IMG/VR virus record: IMGVR_UViG_3300031587_000158
Reading direction: 5' to 3' (one strand)
DNA: 56,394 nucleotides
Origin: an uncultured virus (IMG/VR IMGVR_UViG_3300031587_000158)
Taxonomy: Duplodnaviria; Heunggongvirae; Uroviricota; Caudoviricetes
Positions within the stretch are counted from its first letter, which is position 1; the number at the start of each line of letters is the position of its first letter. The notes beneath the pieces were generated by a model. That model worked only from the letters and a program-made list of their open reading frames with translations. It had not been told where the DNA came from and made no database searches. Made by a program: the position numbers and the translations under genes. Positions 44,416-53,689 of the stretch are shown one piece after another.

Positions 44416-45025
44416 AGAAGTATGCAGGTGAGAAAGTGTGAGCAAAGCCATGAGTGATGAGTGGATAAGTTGTGATTTACCAGTGTCAGAAAGAAAAAGT
44501 TGTGAATATCCGTGTAAAATAATTGTAAAAAAAGGTCATGTTCTTAAATTCAATCCTGGTAATAGGTATAACAAACAAAATGATGTTTATATTTGTAAGT
44601 TCTTTCATTCAGATATGCAAGCAGAAGATTCAGATAAATCTTTTCCATGGAATCTGAAACAATCAACAAAAAGGAACAAAAGAGTTGCGATATTGAATAG
44701 AATACACTATATAACCTATGATGCAAAGCGAAGAAAATTGATTCATGGTAAGCCTGATTTATACATAAAAACGAGGTGGGGGAAAAAATTACCGGAGAGA
44801 AAGGGAATAGCTAAAAATGACTGAAGTAATAGGCAATGTAGTAATTATCGAACCAGAAGAAGATAAGGTATGCGAGTTTTGCGGGAATGTTGCAGAGTGC
44901 AGACCATATGGAGAAGGTGGTAAATTGATCTGTTTTAAGTGTGCTATGAAACCAGAGAATATTGATACTGTCAAACGCAATGCTCGTAAGTTATTGTTTG
45001 GTACTGAAGGAAGTGAATAAGAGGG

Positions 45026-45643
45026 CTAAACAAGGAATAACCCCACGGCCATTATGATAAGCCCAAGACACAACGTAAATACTACCCCCCTGTAAAGGAT
45101 TCTCAGTCTATCAGCATGGTCATAATCTCCGGTAAGAGCACGGTACGAGTATATCGCAATCCCTGATGCCAGTCCGAATCCCATAAGTAGCAGAGCCAAC
45201 CCCCAAGTCATCCCATCCGATGCGATATAAGCGGCAGTTATCGTACCTGCCCCCCATCCAATACTCCACATAGCCTCCTTGTGCAGCTTTGCGTACCCCA
45301 TGACCAAAAGAAAGCCCGCAATTATGCCAAATAATGCAAAAAATCGGTAATATACGATATACGATCCACACAGTACACTTCCAATTGTAAATAAAACCGC
45401 TGCCTTTCGCAGATCTATGGCAAAATCCTTCACTTTCATGGATGTCGAGGTGCCACATAGCACGTGTAGACAATGTTGCACCATTGAAAGGCAGAAGATA
45501 CCTAATAAAGAGGCAAAAACCAACCCCCATGAGAGTCTGTTAAAAAAGGCATAGCCCGCGGCTGAGCCGACGAGAATATATAATACCCATAGAATCGAGA
45601 AATCCAGATGTGGAAGCCCCAGAACTTTTGCCATCTCTCTCAC
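45026..45643 (-). CDS. Multi-pass membrane protein, distant UbiA prenyltransferase-like
   Basis: About 7 hydrophobic helices; directly abuts the polyprenyl synthase; canonical Asp-rich UbiA motif not seen. Confidence 0.45.
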   Translation of the reverse strand: MREMAKVLGLPHLDFSILWVLYILVGSAAGYAFFNRLSWGLVFASLLGIFCLSMVQHCLHVLCGTSTSMKVKDFAIDLRKAAVLFTIGSVLCGSYIVYYRFFALFGIIAGFLLVMGYAKLHKEAMWSIGWGAGTITAAYIASDGMTWGLALLLMGFGLASGIAIYSYRALTGDYDHADRLRILYRGVVFTLCLGLIIMAVGLFLV

Positions 45644-46636
45644 CTATCCTAGTTTTAATTTAATCTCACCCTCACGAAGCATGAGTTTTACCGCGTATGA
45701 TGGATATTCTCCGAGCAGATTTTTCCACTTACCTTCCGGGATTAAATTACTTTTTGCAGCTTCCTCAGCCCTTTTTAGGTAGCTCTTCAAATGGGTGACA
45801 AGAAATTCCCTCGGATTTATATCCATATCCTTTAAAAAATCACCAACTTCCGCTTTATCGCCGAGCAGTAGTGAGAATAATTTGTTGCGAACAGCACTTT
45901 CACCTTTTGCAGCTATTAATAACGGTAATACGGCTGCGCCTTCAATCTTACCCCTTTTGATGTCAACCAAGTCATCTGCAACTTGATAAGCGATCCCAAA
46001 ATTCTCGCCATAGTTAGTAAGGACATCGACCAATTCTTTTTGAGCTTCAGCTACTTGTGCGCCGCTTTTTGCAGCGGTTGAGAAGAAACTTGCAGTCTTC
46101 TTCCTTATCACATTGAAATAGACCTCCTCAGGAATAGTTTCTCGTGCCAACATCTCTTCACCAACCCGTTTTACTAGTCCCAGGTCTTTTTTTTCACCTT
46201 CAACCGCTTCGCTCCATCCACCTATTATACTTTTCGCAACCTCAACACCTCGGCTGAGGAAAGTATCCAGAGCAGATGTGATTACGTGATGGGCAGTTAA
46301 AACCGCATCACTTACTCCTTCGGTCATCCATACAGGAAGCTCACCACGTCTATCCTTATCCATGTCGAAGATGTCATCAAGGATTAAGGAAGAACCGTGC
46401 ATACCTTCCACCGCAGCCGCGGTCTCAAGAATTTTCTCGTAATCTTCATCCCTTCCACCCGTAGCCCGCCATGATAAAATGGTGAGAACACCTCGTAATT
46501 GTTTCCCACCTACAATCTTCTCCGCTTCACCCTCATGATACTTCTCCCTTATCTTCTTTGTGACATCCTGCCTCGTCTGTTCCACAAAGACTTCTATCTC
46601 CTCTTTTTTTCCTTCTTTTTCCTTCTTCTCGGTCAT
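45644..46636 (-). CDS. Trans-isoprenyl diphosphate synthase (GGPP-synthase-like)
   Basis: GGKQLR, FARM LDDIFD...RRG, KKTA, SARM YQVADDLVD. Confidence 0.92.
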   Translation of the reverse strand: MTEKKEKEGKKEEIEVFVEQTRQDVTKKIREKYHEGEAEKIVGGKQLRGVLTILSWRATGGRDEDYEKILETAAAVEGMHGSSLILDDIFDMDKDRRGELPVWMTEGVSDAVLTAHHVITSALDTFLSRGVEVAKSIIGGWSEAVEGEKKDLGLVKRVGEEMLARETIPEEVYFNVIRKKTASFFSTAAKSGAQVAEAQKELVDVLTNYGENFGIAYQVADDLVDIKRGKIEGAAVLPLLIAAKGESAVRNKLFSLLLGDKAEVGDFLKDMDINPREFLVTHLKSYLKRAEEAAKSNLIPEGKWKNLLGEYPSYAVKLMLREGEIKLKLG

Positions 46637-46782
46637 TTATCTTCCACCAAACGGCGACCCTTTAATTTGACCCTTTAAATTATATCTTCTGATCACTGCA
46701 TAGTGTCGCTATCAGTGATCTGCTAGATACACTATAATTTATATATACTAGATATATAAATATATTCTAGTGAACAAATAAC
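46637..46782. promoter_or_regulatory. Divergent promoter region with tandem repeat and hairpin
   Basis: Between divergent genes; GACCCTTTAAWTT twice (46656-46681), GATCACTG/CAGTGATC inverted repeat (46691-46720), TATA-rich TTTATATATACTAGATATATAAATATA. Confidence 0.65.
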
Positions 46783-48471
46783 ATGGCGGAAGATAAAGAA
46801 TCTAAGATGGTGATAACCGAGGAGGAGTTAGAGCGATTAATTACATTTGATGATGAGAAAAAGAAGTACATCGCGGCATGTCCGGTAGAGGATTGCGGAA
46901 AAGTTTACGAGATAGGCTCCAAGGGATTCGCTTTTGGTAACTTGAAGAGACATTTGACAAAAGAGCATGGAATCGTGATAACTTCGGGAGTTGAGGAAGG
47001 TATCTCCCCAGGGGAGAAGGGTATCTTTCAGCGAGTAAATCCAATCCCTATGAAGGTAAGGGAGCTTCTGACTGATTATGCTGGCATTGATGAAAAGGTT
47101 GCCAAAAAAATCGTCGAGCTATTAGAGAAGAATCCTGTTTTGACAGAGAACCCCAATAATCTATTCAATTTCCTGTCCAGAGCTAAAGGGATGGATCCTA
47201 CTTTAGCCAAGAATATCGTTGATCTGGTTTTCTCTCAAGCTATGTATGAGCAGCAGATACAAGCAAGAGGTGGAACTATAACGCCTGTGATACCACAGTT
47301 CCAGGGATTAGGGTTCACTGGTATTACACCTATGACAGGTACTCCAGGTGGAGCTTTTCAGATAGGAGCACAACCCCAACCTCAGATAGCATATATCCCC
47401 AATCCCAGTGGTGGGATGACCCCTATTATCATTAATGTTCCACCACAATTTCCGCAAGGACCGGGGCAGTCTCCCCCTGCTCCTATTGTGCATATACCCT
47501 CTGTAATACCACCTACAAGTGATGATAAGTATCTCAAGTCTCTGGAGGATAGGTTGAAGGAGCTTGAGAGGTTAAGGGGTGGACCACCGGCTGGTGAGGA
47601 GAGAGGCACTGATATAGTGCGTAAAGTTCGTGAGCCGATTTTTGCTGAGGACGAACACGGAGATGTCCAAATCGATCCTAAAACGGGAAAGCCAATTATC
47701 CTTGATTACCGGGAAATTATTGAGGAGCCTGCTTTTATTGGAGCACCCACACCAATGGGAATGGTAGCACCACCTTCGGGAGGTGCGGGAAAAGATCCAG
47801 TCGGTCTCGCTATGGACATTTTAGAGAAAGCCAAGTCTATATTTGCTCCGGGAGGTGGTGGAGCAACAGGCAAGTCCGAAGTTGACGAGGAAAAAGTAAT
47901 AATGAAGGCAACAGAGAAGGCAAGAGAAACAACGGAGACCAAGGTAAAAGAACTTAAGGGGGATATAGAGAAGTTGGAGGGTGCTACAAAGGGTATAGAG
48001 ACTACAATAAGTAACAAAATGACTGAGATCTCGGACAATATAAAAAACATCCAGCATGAGGGCGAGAAGAGGCGGATAGCAGAAGAGGCTGCAAAAGAGA
48101 CTTATGAGAAGCTGAAGCCATTTATCCCTACTCGTACCGAAGCGCCTCCAACAGGACTATCTCCACAGCAATTCGCCATGTCTCAGGTAAGAGAACTGGC
48201 AGGTGAAATCGTGACGAACGTTAGAGCTGGTTTTGAGAGCATAGGGGTGCGGCTAGATAGAATGGCCGATGCTCAGAAGGTATCTCAGATGGCAACTTCG
48301 ATGCTTGCATCTGGAGTCCCTCCTGACCAGGTTGAGCGAATAATCTTTCAGTATATTAGAGCACAAATAAGCCCCGATTATGTTGCACAGGCTGATAGAT
48401 ACACGCGAGGTAGTATCGGTGAGACTGATAAAGCGGAATTCTTAAAAAGGATGAGGGATCGGGTGGCGTGA
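46783..48471 (+). CDS. 562-aa protein with N-terminal C2H2 zinc finger, Pro/Gly/Gln-rich linker and coiled coil
   Basis: CPVEDC...HLTKEH; low-complexity P/G/Q middle; heptad region KVKELKGDIEKLEG. Confidence 0.75.
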   Translation: MAEDKESKMVITEEELERLITFDDEKKKYIAACPVEDCGKVYEIGSKGFAFGNLKRHLTKEHGIVITSGVEEGISPGEKGIFQRVNPIPMKVRELLTDYAGIDEKVAKKIVELLEKNPVLTENPNNLFNFLSRAKGMDPTLAKNIVDLVFSQAMYEQQIQARGGTITPVIPQFQGLGFTGITPMTGTPGGAFQIGAQPQPQIAYIPNPSGGMTPIIINVPPQFPQGPGQSPPAPIVHIPSVIPPTSDDKYLKSLEDRLKELERLRGGPPAGEERGTDIVRKVREPIFAEDEHGDVQIDPKTGKPIILDYREIIEEPAFIGAPTPMGMVAPPSGGAGKDPVGLAMDILEKAKSIFAPGGGGATGKSEVDEEKVIMKATEKARETTETKVKELKGDIEKLEGATKGIETTISNKMTEISDNIKNIQHEGEKRRIAEEAAKETYEKLKPFIPTRTEAPPTGLSPQQFAMSQVRELAGEIVTNVRAGFESIGVRLDRMADAQKVSQMATSMLASGVPPDQVERIIFQYIRAQISPDYVAQADRYTRGSIGETDKAEFLKRMRDRVA

Positions 48472-48490
48472 TGGAGGGTCAGTAGTACAT

Positions 48491-49471
48491 ATGACAATTT
48501 TCTTGATTGTTCTATCAGGAAAGGGTGGCGTTGGTAAAAGCACTGTTGCCACCGCGATAGCGAGAAGTATTGCCATGCGAGGGATTAAAACAGGGCTTAT
48601 AGATATGGATGTTGACTCACCCTCAATCCCCACAATTACAGGAACCAGTGGTAAGGATATAACCATTGGTAGTAGCCTGCTTGAACCCGCGATCTCTAGT
48701 GGGGTAAAGGTCTTTTCGATTGGCCACCTGATCCCTTCTGATGATACGCCTATCCTATGGGAAGGTACGAAAAAGGAAAAGTTCCTGCAGGATATTTTCA
48801 AAAGTTGCGATTTTAGCGACGTCGAGTTCTTAGTCATTGATATGCCACCTGGAAGTGGTGATGAACTATACGGTGTCAGTAACACACTCCAAACAGTCTC
48901 GGCTCTCGTAGTTACATTGCCCCAACAACTTTCTTTGGTAAGTGCAAAGAAGGTTGTAAGAGCTTTAAAGAAGTACAGTATCCCTATCTTGGGAATTATC
49001 GAGAACATGAGTGGTTTTCAGTGTAAGTGTGGTGAGACAGTATACCCCTTCAGACATGGAGCTGGAAAGATGCTTGCCGCGGCAAATGGCGTAGAATTCC
49101 TCGGCGAAATACCTATCATGATGGATGTGAGTAAGGAAGCTGACGAAGGGAGTGTCAATACAATAGTGCAGAGCGATGCTTTTAAAAATATCATGGACAA
49201 ACTCACCAAAAAATTAGGGCTATCAAAAGCTGAAGAACCCACCCCTTCCGCTCCTATAACCGAGGCTGCGACTGGTATGAAAAAGGATGAGAAGGAGAAA
49301 GAGGGAGAAAAGGCGACTAAGGTGAAAGAGAAGAAGAAGAAAGGGGCCAGTGTTGGGAGAATAACAGCTACAATGACAGATAAAGACAAAACAGAAGGAA
49401 AGCCCAAACCATCAACCGAGGAAGTAACGAGAAAGGAAGTGGGTGAAGGTAAGGATAAGGAAGGTGATTAA
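48491..49471 (+). CDS. mrp: Mrp/NBP35 (ApbC) family P-loop ATPase with Lys/Glu-rich tail
   Basis: SGKGGVGKST, DMDVDSPS, IDMPPGSGD, GIIENMS.F.CKC. Confidence 0.85.
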   Translation: MTIFLIVLSGKGGVGKSTVATAIARSIAMRGIKTGLIDMDVDSPSIPTITGTSGKDITIGSSLLEPAISSGVKVFSIGHLIPSDDTPILWEGTKKEKFLQDIFKSCDFSDVEFLVIDMPPGSGDELYGVSNTLQTVSALVVTLPQQLSLVSAKKVVRALKKYSIPILGIIENMSGFQCKCGETVYPFRHGAGKMLAAANGVEFLGEIPIMMDVSKEADEGSVNTIVQSDAFKNIMDKLTKKLGLSKAEEPTPSAPITEAATGMKKDEKEKEGEKATKVKEKKKKGASVGRITATMTDKDKTEGKPKPSTEEVTRKEVGEGKDKEGD

Positions 49472-49472
49472 A

Positions 49473-49886
49473 ATGCTTGAAAGAAGCGGTGATGATATGC
49501 TGAAAGAAGCCCTTTCATGGGCAGTAAAGTTGTTAAATAAACGAATCAATGTGCATGAGCTGAAGAGGAAGTACAGCCCGACGGAGGATAGAACACTCAT
49601 GCTAAAAATCCTCGGTAAGAATTTTGAATCGGGGTTGATAGTGGATATGGTTACTAAAGAGATTGTTCTTATGAACCCTGCTAATCTCCCCAAGGTTACA
49701 GTGAGTGCTGTCATGAGTGAAGACACATTTTGGCTTATGATAATGGGTAAGGTAACTCTAGCAGAGTGCTTCTTTGACCGAACTCATCCTATTGCTCTCG
49801 AGGGGGATGCAACACTCAGAGACATGAAGATATTTTCTACGCTAGAATTAGAATTGAGAGATGTATTCGCCGAAGTGTGGAAATGA
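49473..49886 (+). CDS. SCP2 sterol/lipid-binding-like domain protein
   Basis: ATG 49473 after GGTGA; VMSEDTFWLMIMGKVTLAECFF...IALEGD matches the SCP2 C-terminal pattern. Confidence 0.55.
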   Translation: MLERSGDDMLKEALSWAVKLLNKRINVHELKRKYSPTEDRTLMLKILGKNFESGLIVDMVTKEIVLMNPANLPKVTVSAVMSEDTFWLMIMGKVTLAECFFDRTHPIALEGDATLRDMKIFSTLELELRDVFAEVWK

Positions 49887-50906
49887 GGAGAGAGAAAATG
49901 CACGGCTTTGAAGACTTTGTTTCGGGAATAAAGGATGTAAAAAAGGAATTTGGTATACTGAATGGCAAGATGGATGAACTCAATCAGCACGTAGCCGAGC
50001 TGATTGGTGCAACTAAGGATAATACCAAGGTAAAGGAGGAGCTGACAGTAGCAATCCGGGACCTCATCAGGGTTACAAAGGAGAGGAAAGGTTGATAAAA
50101 TGGTTAAGTTGTTTGGAGTTTCGATACTGTCTTGGATAATCTTCACAATATCAGTATCTCTCTTTATTACCGGTATAGGCTGTACATTAGCTTATCCCTT
50201 TATGATGCATGAGCCACAGTCTCAATGGATATATCTCTTAGCATGGTGGTATTGGCTTTTAGCAGGGATAGTAGGTTGTTTGATATTTATTGCGTACTTT
50301 AAGTTCGTCGATCGTCGAAGTTAGGAGAAGAAAGGATGATAGATGTAAGCGAACTAAAGAAAAAGAGGATTGAGACCCGAAGGGAAATAATAGAGTTTCT
50401 TCGGATGAATAGAGGAAAAGCCTTTACACGTGATGAAATACACGTGAATACAGGACATGCCCCCGATTATATGAGACAACCTACGTTTGGTTTTGATAGC
50501 TACACCTTTGAAGATGGTTACTATTACTACAAATATAACAAGCTAATGGTCTTCTTCGTTTTAATTCCGATGGTTATTGGATTAATAGGGATATTGTTAA
50601 GAGGGGTGACATGAATGGATGAAAGAGAAAGGGAGAGGATAGCTGAACTCGTGAAAGAGGTACAAACGAATACCGCATTTGGCAGTGTTTCAAGCAAATA
50701 CCTATGCCCTGAGCATAATTGCTTTCTCGTGTGTGATGCTGTTAGTATTGAACTACAAATAGGAGAAAAGAAATACCCTTATGCTTGCGATTATCGAGTA
50801 TTATGGCGGTGCAACGAGTGTAATCGAACCATAGTTAAGGTTAGGGAAGATTAGGTGGTGAGGTGATAAGATAAACTTTAAATGCTTTCCCTTCTAATTT
50901 ATTTAT

Positions 50907-50989
50907 CACCGGGGAGAGATTCGAACTCTCGAGGGGGGAAGCCCCAGCCACTCCCAAGGTGGCTGCATTGCCAATTCCGCCACCCCGGT
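50907..50989 (-). tRNA. Class II (long variable arm) tRNA with TGG (Pro) anticodon on a Ser/Leu-type body
   Basis: ACCGGGG TG GCGGAATTGGCAATGC A GCCAC-CTTGGGA-GTGGC, variable arm TGGGGCTTCCCCCCTC, GAGAG-TTCGAAT-CTCTC, CCCGGT G. Confidence 0.75.
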
Positions 50990-51019
50990 ATCTTTTTATA
51001 TAATATTGAGGGGGAAAAT

Positions 51020-51277
51020 ATGTGGGGAGTAATCGTAAGCGCGATTGCAGGATTTGTAGTAGGGCTGTTCACCTTTGCGAAATTTATAGCTGCACGTGTT
51101 AGCAAGGAGGACATGGAAGCGATTTTACTTCAGGCAGTTAAAGTAAACGAGGTATACCAAAAGGCTACACGTGAAGAGTCAGAGCAGGGGAAGGAGATAA
51201 GCCGCGAAGAGTGGGTAGAGATCGCAAAGGAAGGAGCTACTCTCGCCGGAATAATTTTGAAGGCTATCAAGAAATAG
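51020..51277 (+). CDS. Small N-terminally anchored membrane protein
   Basis: MWGVIVSAIAGFVVGLFTFAKF; TATA box TTTTATATAA about 20 bp upstream; the longer ORF-track start overlaps the tRNA. Confidence 0.65.
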   Translation: MWGVIVSAIAGFVVGLFTFAKFIAARVSKEDMEAILLQAVKVNEVYQKATREESEQGKEISREEWVEIAKEGATLAGIILKAIKK

Positions 51278-51864
51278 TGACTTCTCAAGGATCAGGACAA
51301 ATAATAAGGCGACGAGCAAGGTACAAGGGACAAATAGTATCAATTAACCAATGCGTATTATGCAAAAAGATAAGGAGTTGCCCCTACGAAACTCTGATTG
51401 CAGGCGTGTGGTATCCTGTATGCGAAGATTGCGGTGATGGTCGTCATATATAATTAATGAAACTACAAGTGTTTATATTTGAGAGGGGGGTAATCCGCGC
51501 TTGTGAAGCGTGTGCGTGTAATGATGTGGATCCAGTATCGGTTGAGAAGTGCTGTAACAGGATCGCACGTTTGATAAGCTGGTATTCCTTTCCTTGAAAG
51601 TAATTAAAGTTGGATATGGAGAGTTACCATGAGGAGTAAATCCGCATGCTCCATATCCATAAGTATTTAAGTAGTGAGGGTATATAAAATAGTAGTTACC
51701 GTGAGGAGGTTAAGGTAAGATGAAGGTAAAGATAGAAGAGATTGATTTCGATGATGAAATATATCCAGGACAACAAATATCGCACGAGTCACTGTGTGTG
51801 GATTATTTTGGTAGGGAATCCCGTAAAAATTGGAATGTTTTTGGCGCGGAGGGAGATTTGTTCG

Positions 51865-52341
51865 ATGGCGAAAAGAACTGAAGGGAAGGGCAAGGGAATA
51901 AGCGAGCATTCTCGCAGAATTATTTTTAGTAGTGAACACGATGATTGGACAACACCCCCAGAGAAATATAAAGAGCTTGATAATGAGTTCCATTTTGATT
52001 TTGATCCATGTCCCCTAAATCCGACATTTGACGGGTTAGAGATTAGTTGGAAGAAACGTAATTTCATCAATCCCCCCTACAGCAATATTGACGGTTTTCT
52101 AAGAAAGGGGTTGAAAGAATTAGATAATGGAAATGCGGATTTATTGGTTTATCTTATTCCAGCAAGAACGGATACAAAATGGTTCCATACATACATTTAT
52201 CCTTATTTCAAGCGAGGACTCTGTGAGATCCGCTTTGTTAGAGGAAGAGTAAGATTCGGCAATGGCACAGGAGCAAAACACTCTGCTCCATTCCCAAGCA
52301 TGATTGTGGTGTTTGACAGGAGAAATTATGCAAAAAATTAG
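51865..52341 (+). CDS. Phage-type DNA N6-adenine methyltransferase
   Basis: DDWTTP, FDFDPC, FINPPY, LIPARTDT.WFH, RGRVRF, APFPS; ATG 51865 with SD GGAGG. Confidence 0.9.
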   Translation: MAKRTEGKGKGISEHSRRIIFSSEHDDWTTPPEKYKELDNEFHFDFDPCPLNPTFDGLEISWKKRNFINPPYSNIDGFLRKGLKELDNGNADLLVYLIPARTDTKWFHTYIYPYFKRGLCEIRFVRGRVRFGNGTGAKHSAPFPSMIVVFDRRNYAKN

Positions 52342-52822
52342 CCAAGGTAAGAGAGCAAATCTAAATGGTCGGATATTAGAAGACCAAGTGATTGCTAGAA
52401 TTAAATCGGAAGGGTATATAGAGGTTGATAAAAAAATGCAAACGTGTCTAAATTTAGATAACCATTCTGCATTAGCTGAGGGGAAGTATTTTATAAGACA
52501 GTTTAGGATTTGCGATAGCATTTATGGCAATCCATATCATACCGATATTCTTCTTCTTAACAATGTTTTTTCCAGAAAAAAATTGGCTATCGACATTAAA
52601 TGGCAACAAATTAGCGGGTCGGTGGATGAGAAATTCCCCTATCTTGTCGAAAATATTAAAACTAAATTTCCCTGTCCCGCTATATTAATTCTTGATGGGA
52701 AGGGTTATAAAATTGGAGCATGGAAGTGGTTAAAAGGGCAAATTGATGATAAATTAATAGGTGTCTATAATCTTTCAGAATTTATAACATGGGTCAATTC
52801 TGGGAGATTAGAGTACCTATGA
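52328..52822 (+). CDS. PD-(D/E)XK restriction-endonuclease-like protein
   Basis: G..LE N-terminal helix, TDILL...IDIKWQQISGSVDEKFPY; overlaps the MTase stop. Confidence 0.7.
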   Translation: MQKISQGKRANLNGRILEDQVIARIKSEGYIEVDKKMQTCLNLDNHSALAEGKYFIRQFRICDSIYGNPYHTDILLLNNVFSRKKLAIDIKWQQISGSVDEKFPYLVENIKTKFPCPAILILDGKGYKIGAWKWLKGQIDDKLIGVYNLSEFITWVNSGRLEYL

Positions 52823-52926
52823 GTTACCGCCCGCACATTCACCACCCGCATGAGTAACCACCCGGCACCCGCAGACTCACCAGTACCTGATTTCTTTTGT
52901 CCAGACAAAGAGGAAGTGAAGGAAAA

Positions 52927-53097
52927 ATGGAATGCACGTATGACAAGGAAGAGGATATCTTAAATATCCAGTTGAAGGAAGAGGGGTACTGGAAAAGTAT
53001 AGAATTACCAAATGGCATAGTAATCGATATTGACAAAGATGGTTCGATCATAGGGATTGAGATTTTGAGAGCACGTGAAAACATAGAAGTGATGTAA
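52927..53097 (+). CDS. DUF2283 family protein
   Basis: YDKEEDILNIQL...IVIDIDKDGSIIGIEIL.A signature. Confidence 0.8.
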   Translation: MECTYDKEEDILNIQLKEEGYWKSIELPNGIVIDIDKDGSIIGIEILRARENIEVM

Positions 53098-53344
53098 ATG
53101 GTGGTATTAGCAGAGCATGAGAAGCGCATGGTGATGAGGGCTTTGTACTTAGCAAGGAGGGAGTTAAAGCCCACATGGATAGAAGATGATATTAAAAACG
53201 TTTTACGTAGTTTGATAGGCGATTTCGGTTATAGAGCTACTCGTGATTTAGAGCCCGAGATATATCAATACGTCTTCGGACACCTAAAGCTGCCTAAACT
53301 GATAAGTGTTAAAGGGTTAGAGATAGAGTGGATTTGATGGGTTA

Positions 53345-53395
53345 TATAATAGAAGAGCTTCTATTATAATAGAACCTCTTCTATTATTAAAGAAG
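53345..53395. repeat. Tandem palindromic 20-bp units in an AT-rich non-coding gap
   Basis: TATAATAGAAGAGCTTCTAT / TATAATAGAACCTCTTCTAT / TATTAAAGAAG. Confidence 0.75.
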
Positions 53396-53689
53396 ATCCA
53401 ACAAACTTGTTTAAGCCTAAATAACTCTATTAACCCTTTTTTTCGATGGCATACAACAGCTTAGGGATACTTATAATCAATTTGTTAGTAGTGATGAAGC
53501 TTAGGGTGTAACTAAAGTATGCGACATGAATGAAAGGCGTTCACCACATAAGTATTGTATATATCACAAACTCGGTGTTTTATCGGTGTATTTTAAAAGC
53601 TGTGAAGCCCTTCTTAGGTTTACCTTCCCTCCCCTTCAAGACCCCCGCCTTAGGCAGAGGTCAAGAGGGAAGGATAGGGGGTTTCAGCA

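Noticed and set aside
46694..46704. CACTGCATAGT identical to part of the array 3 mini-leader
   Set aside because: An 11-bp match with no adjacent repeat and no AAGTA half; it lies inside a separate hairpin
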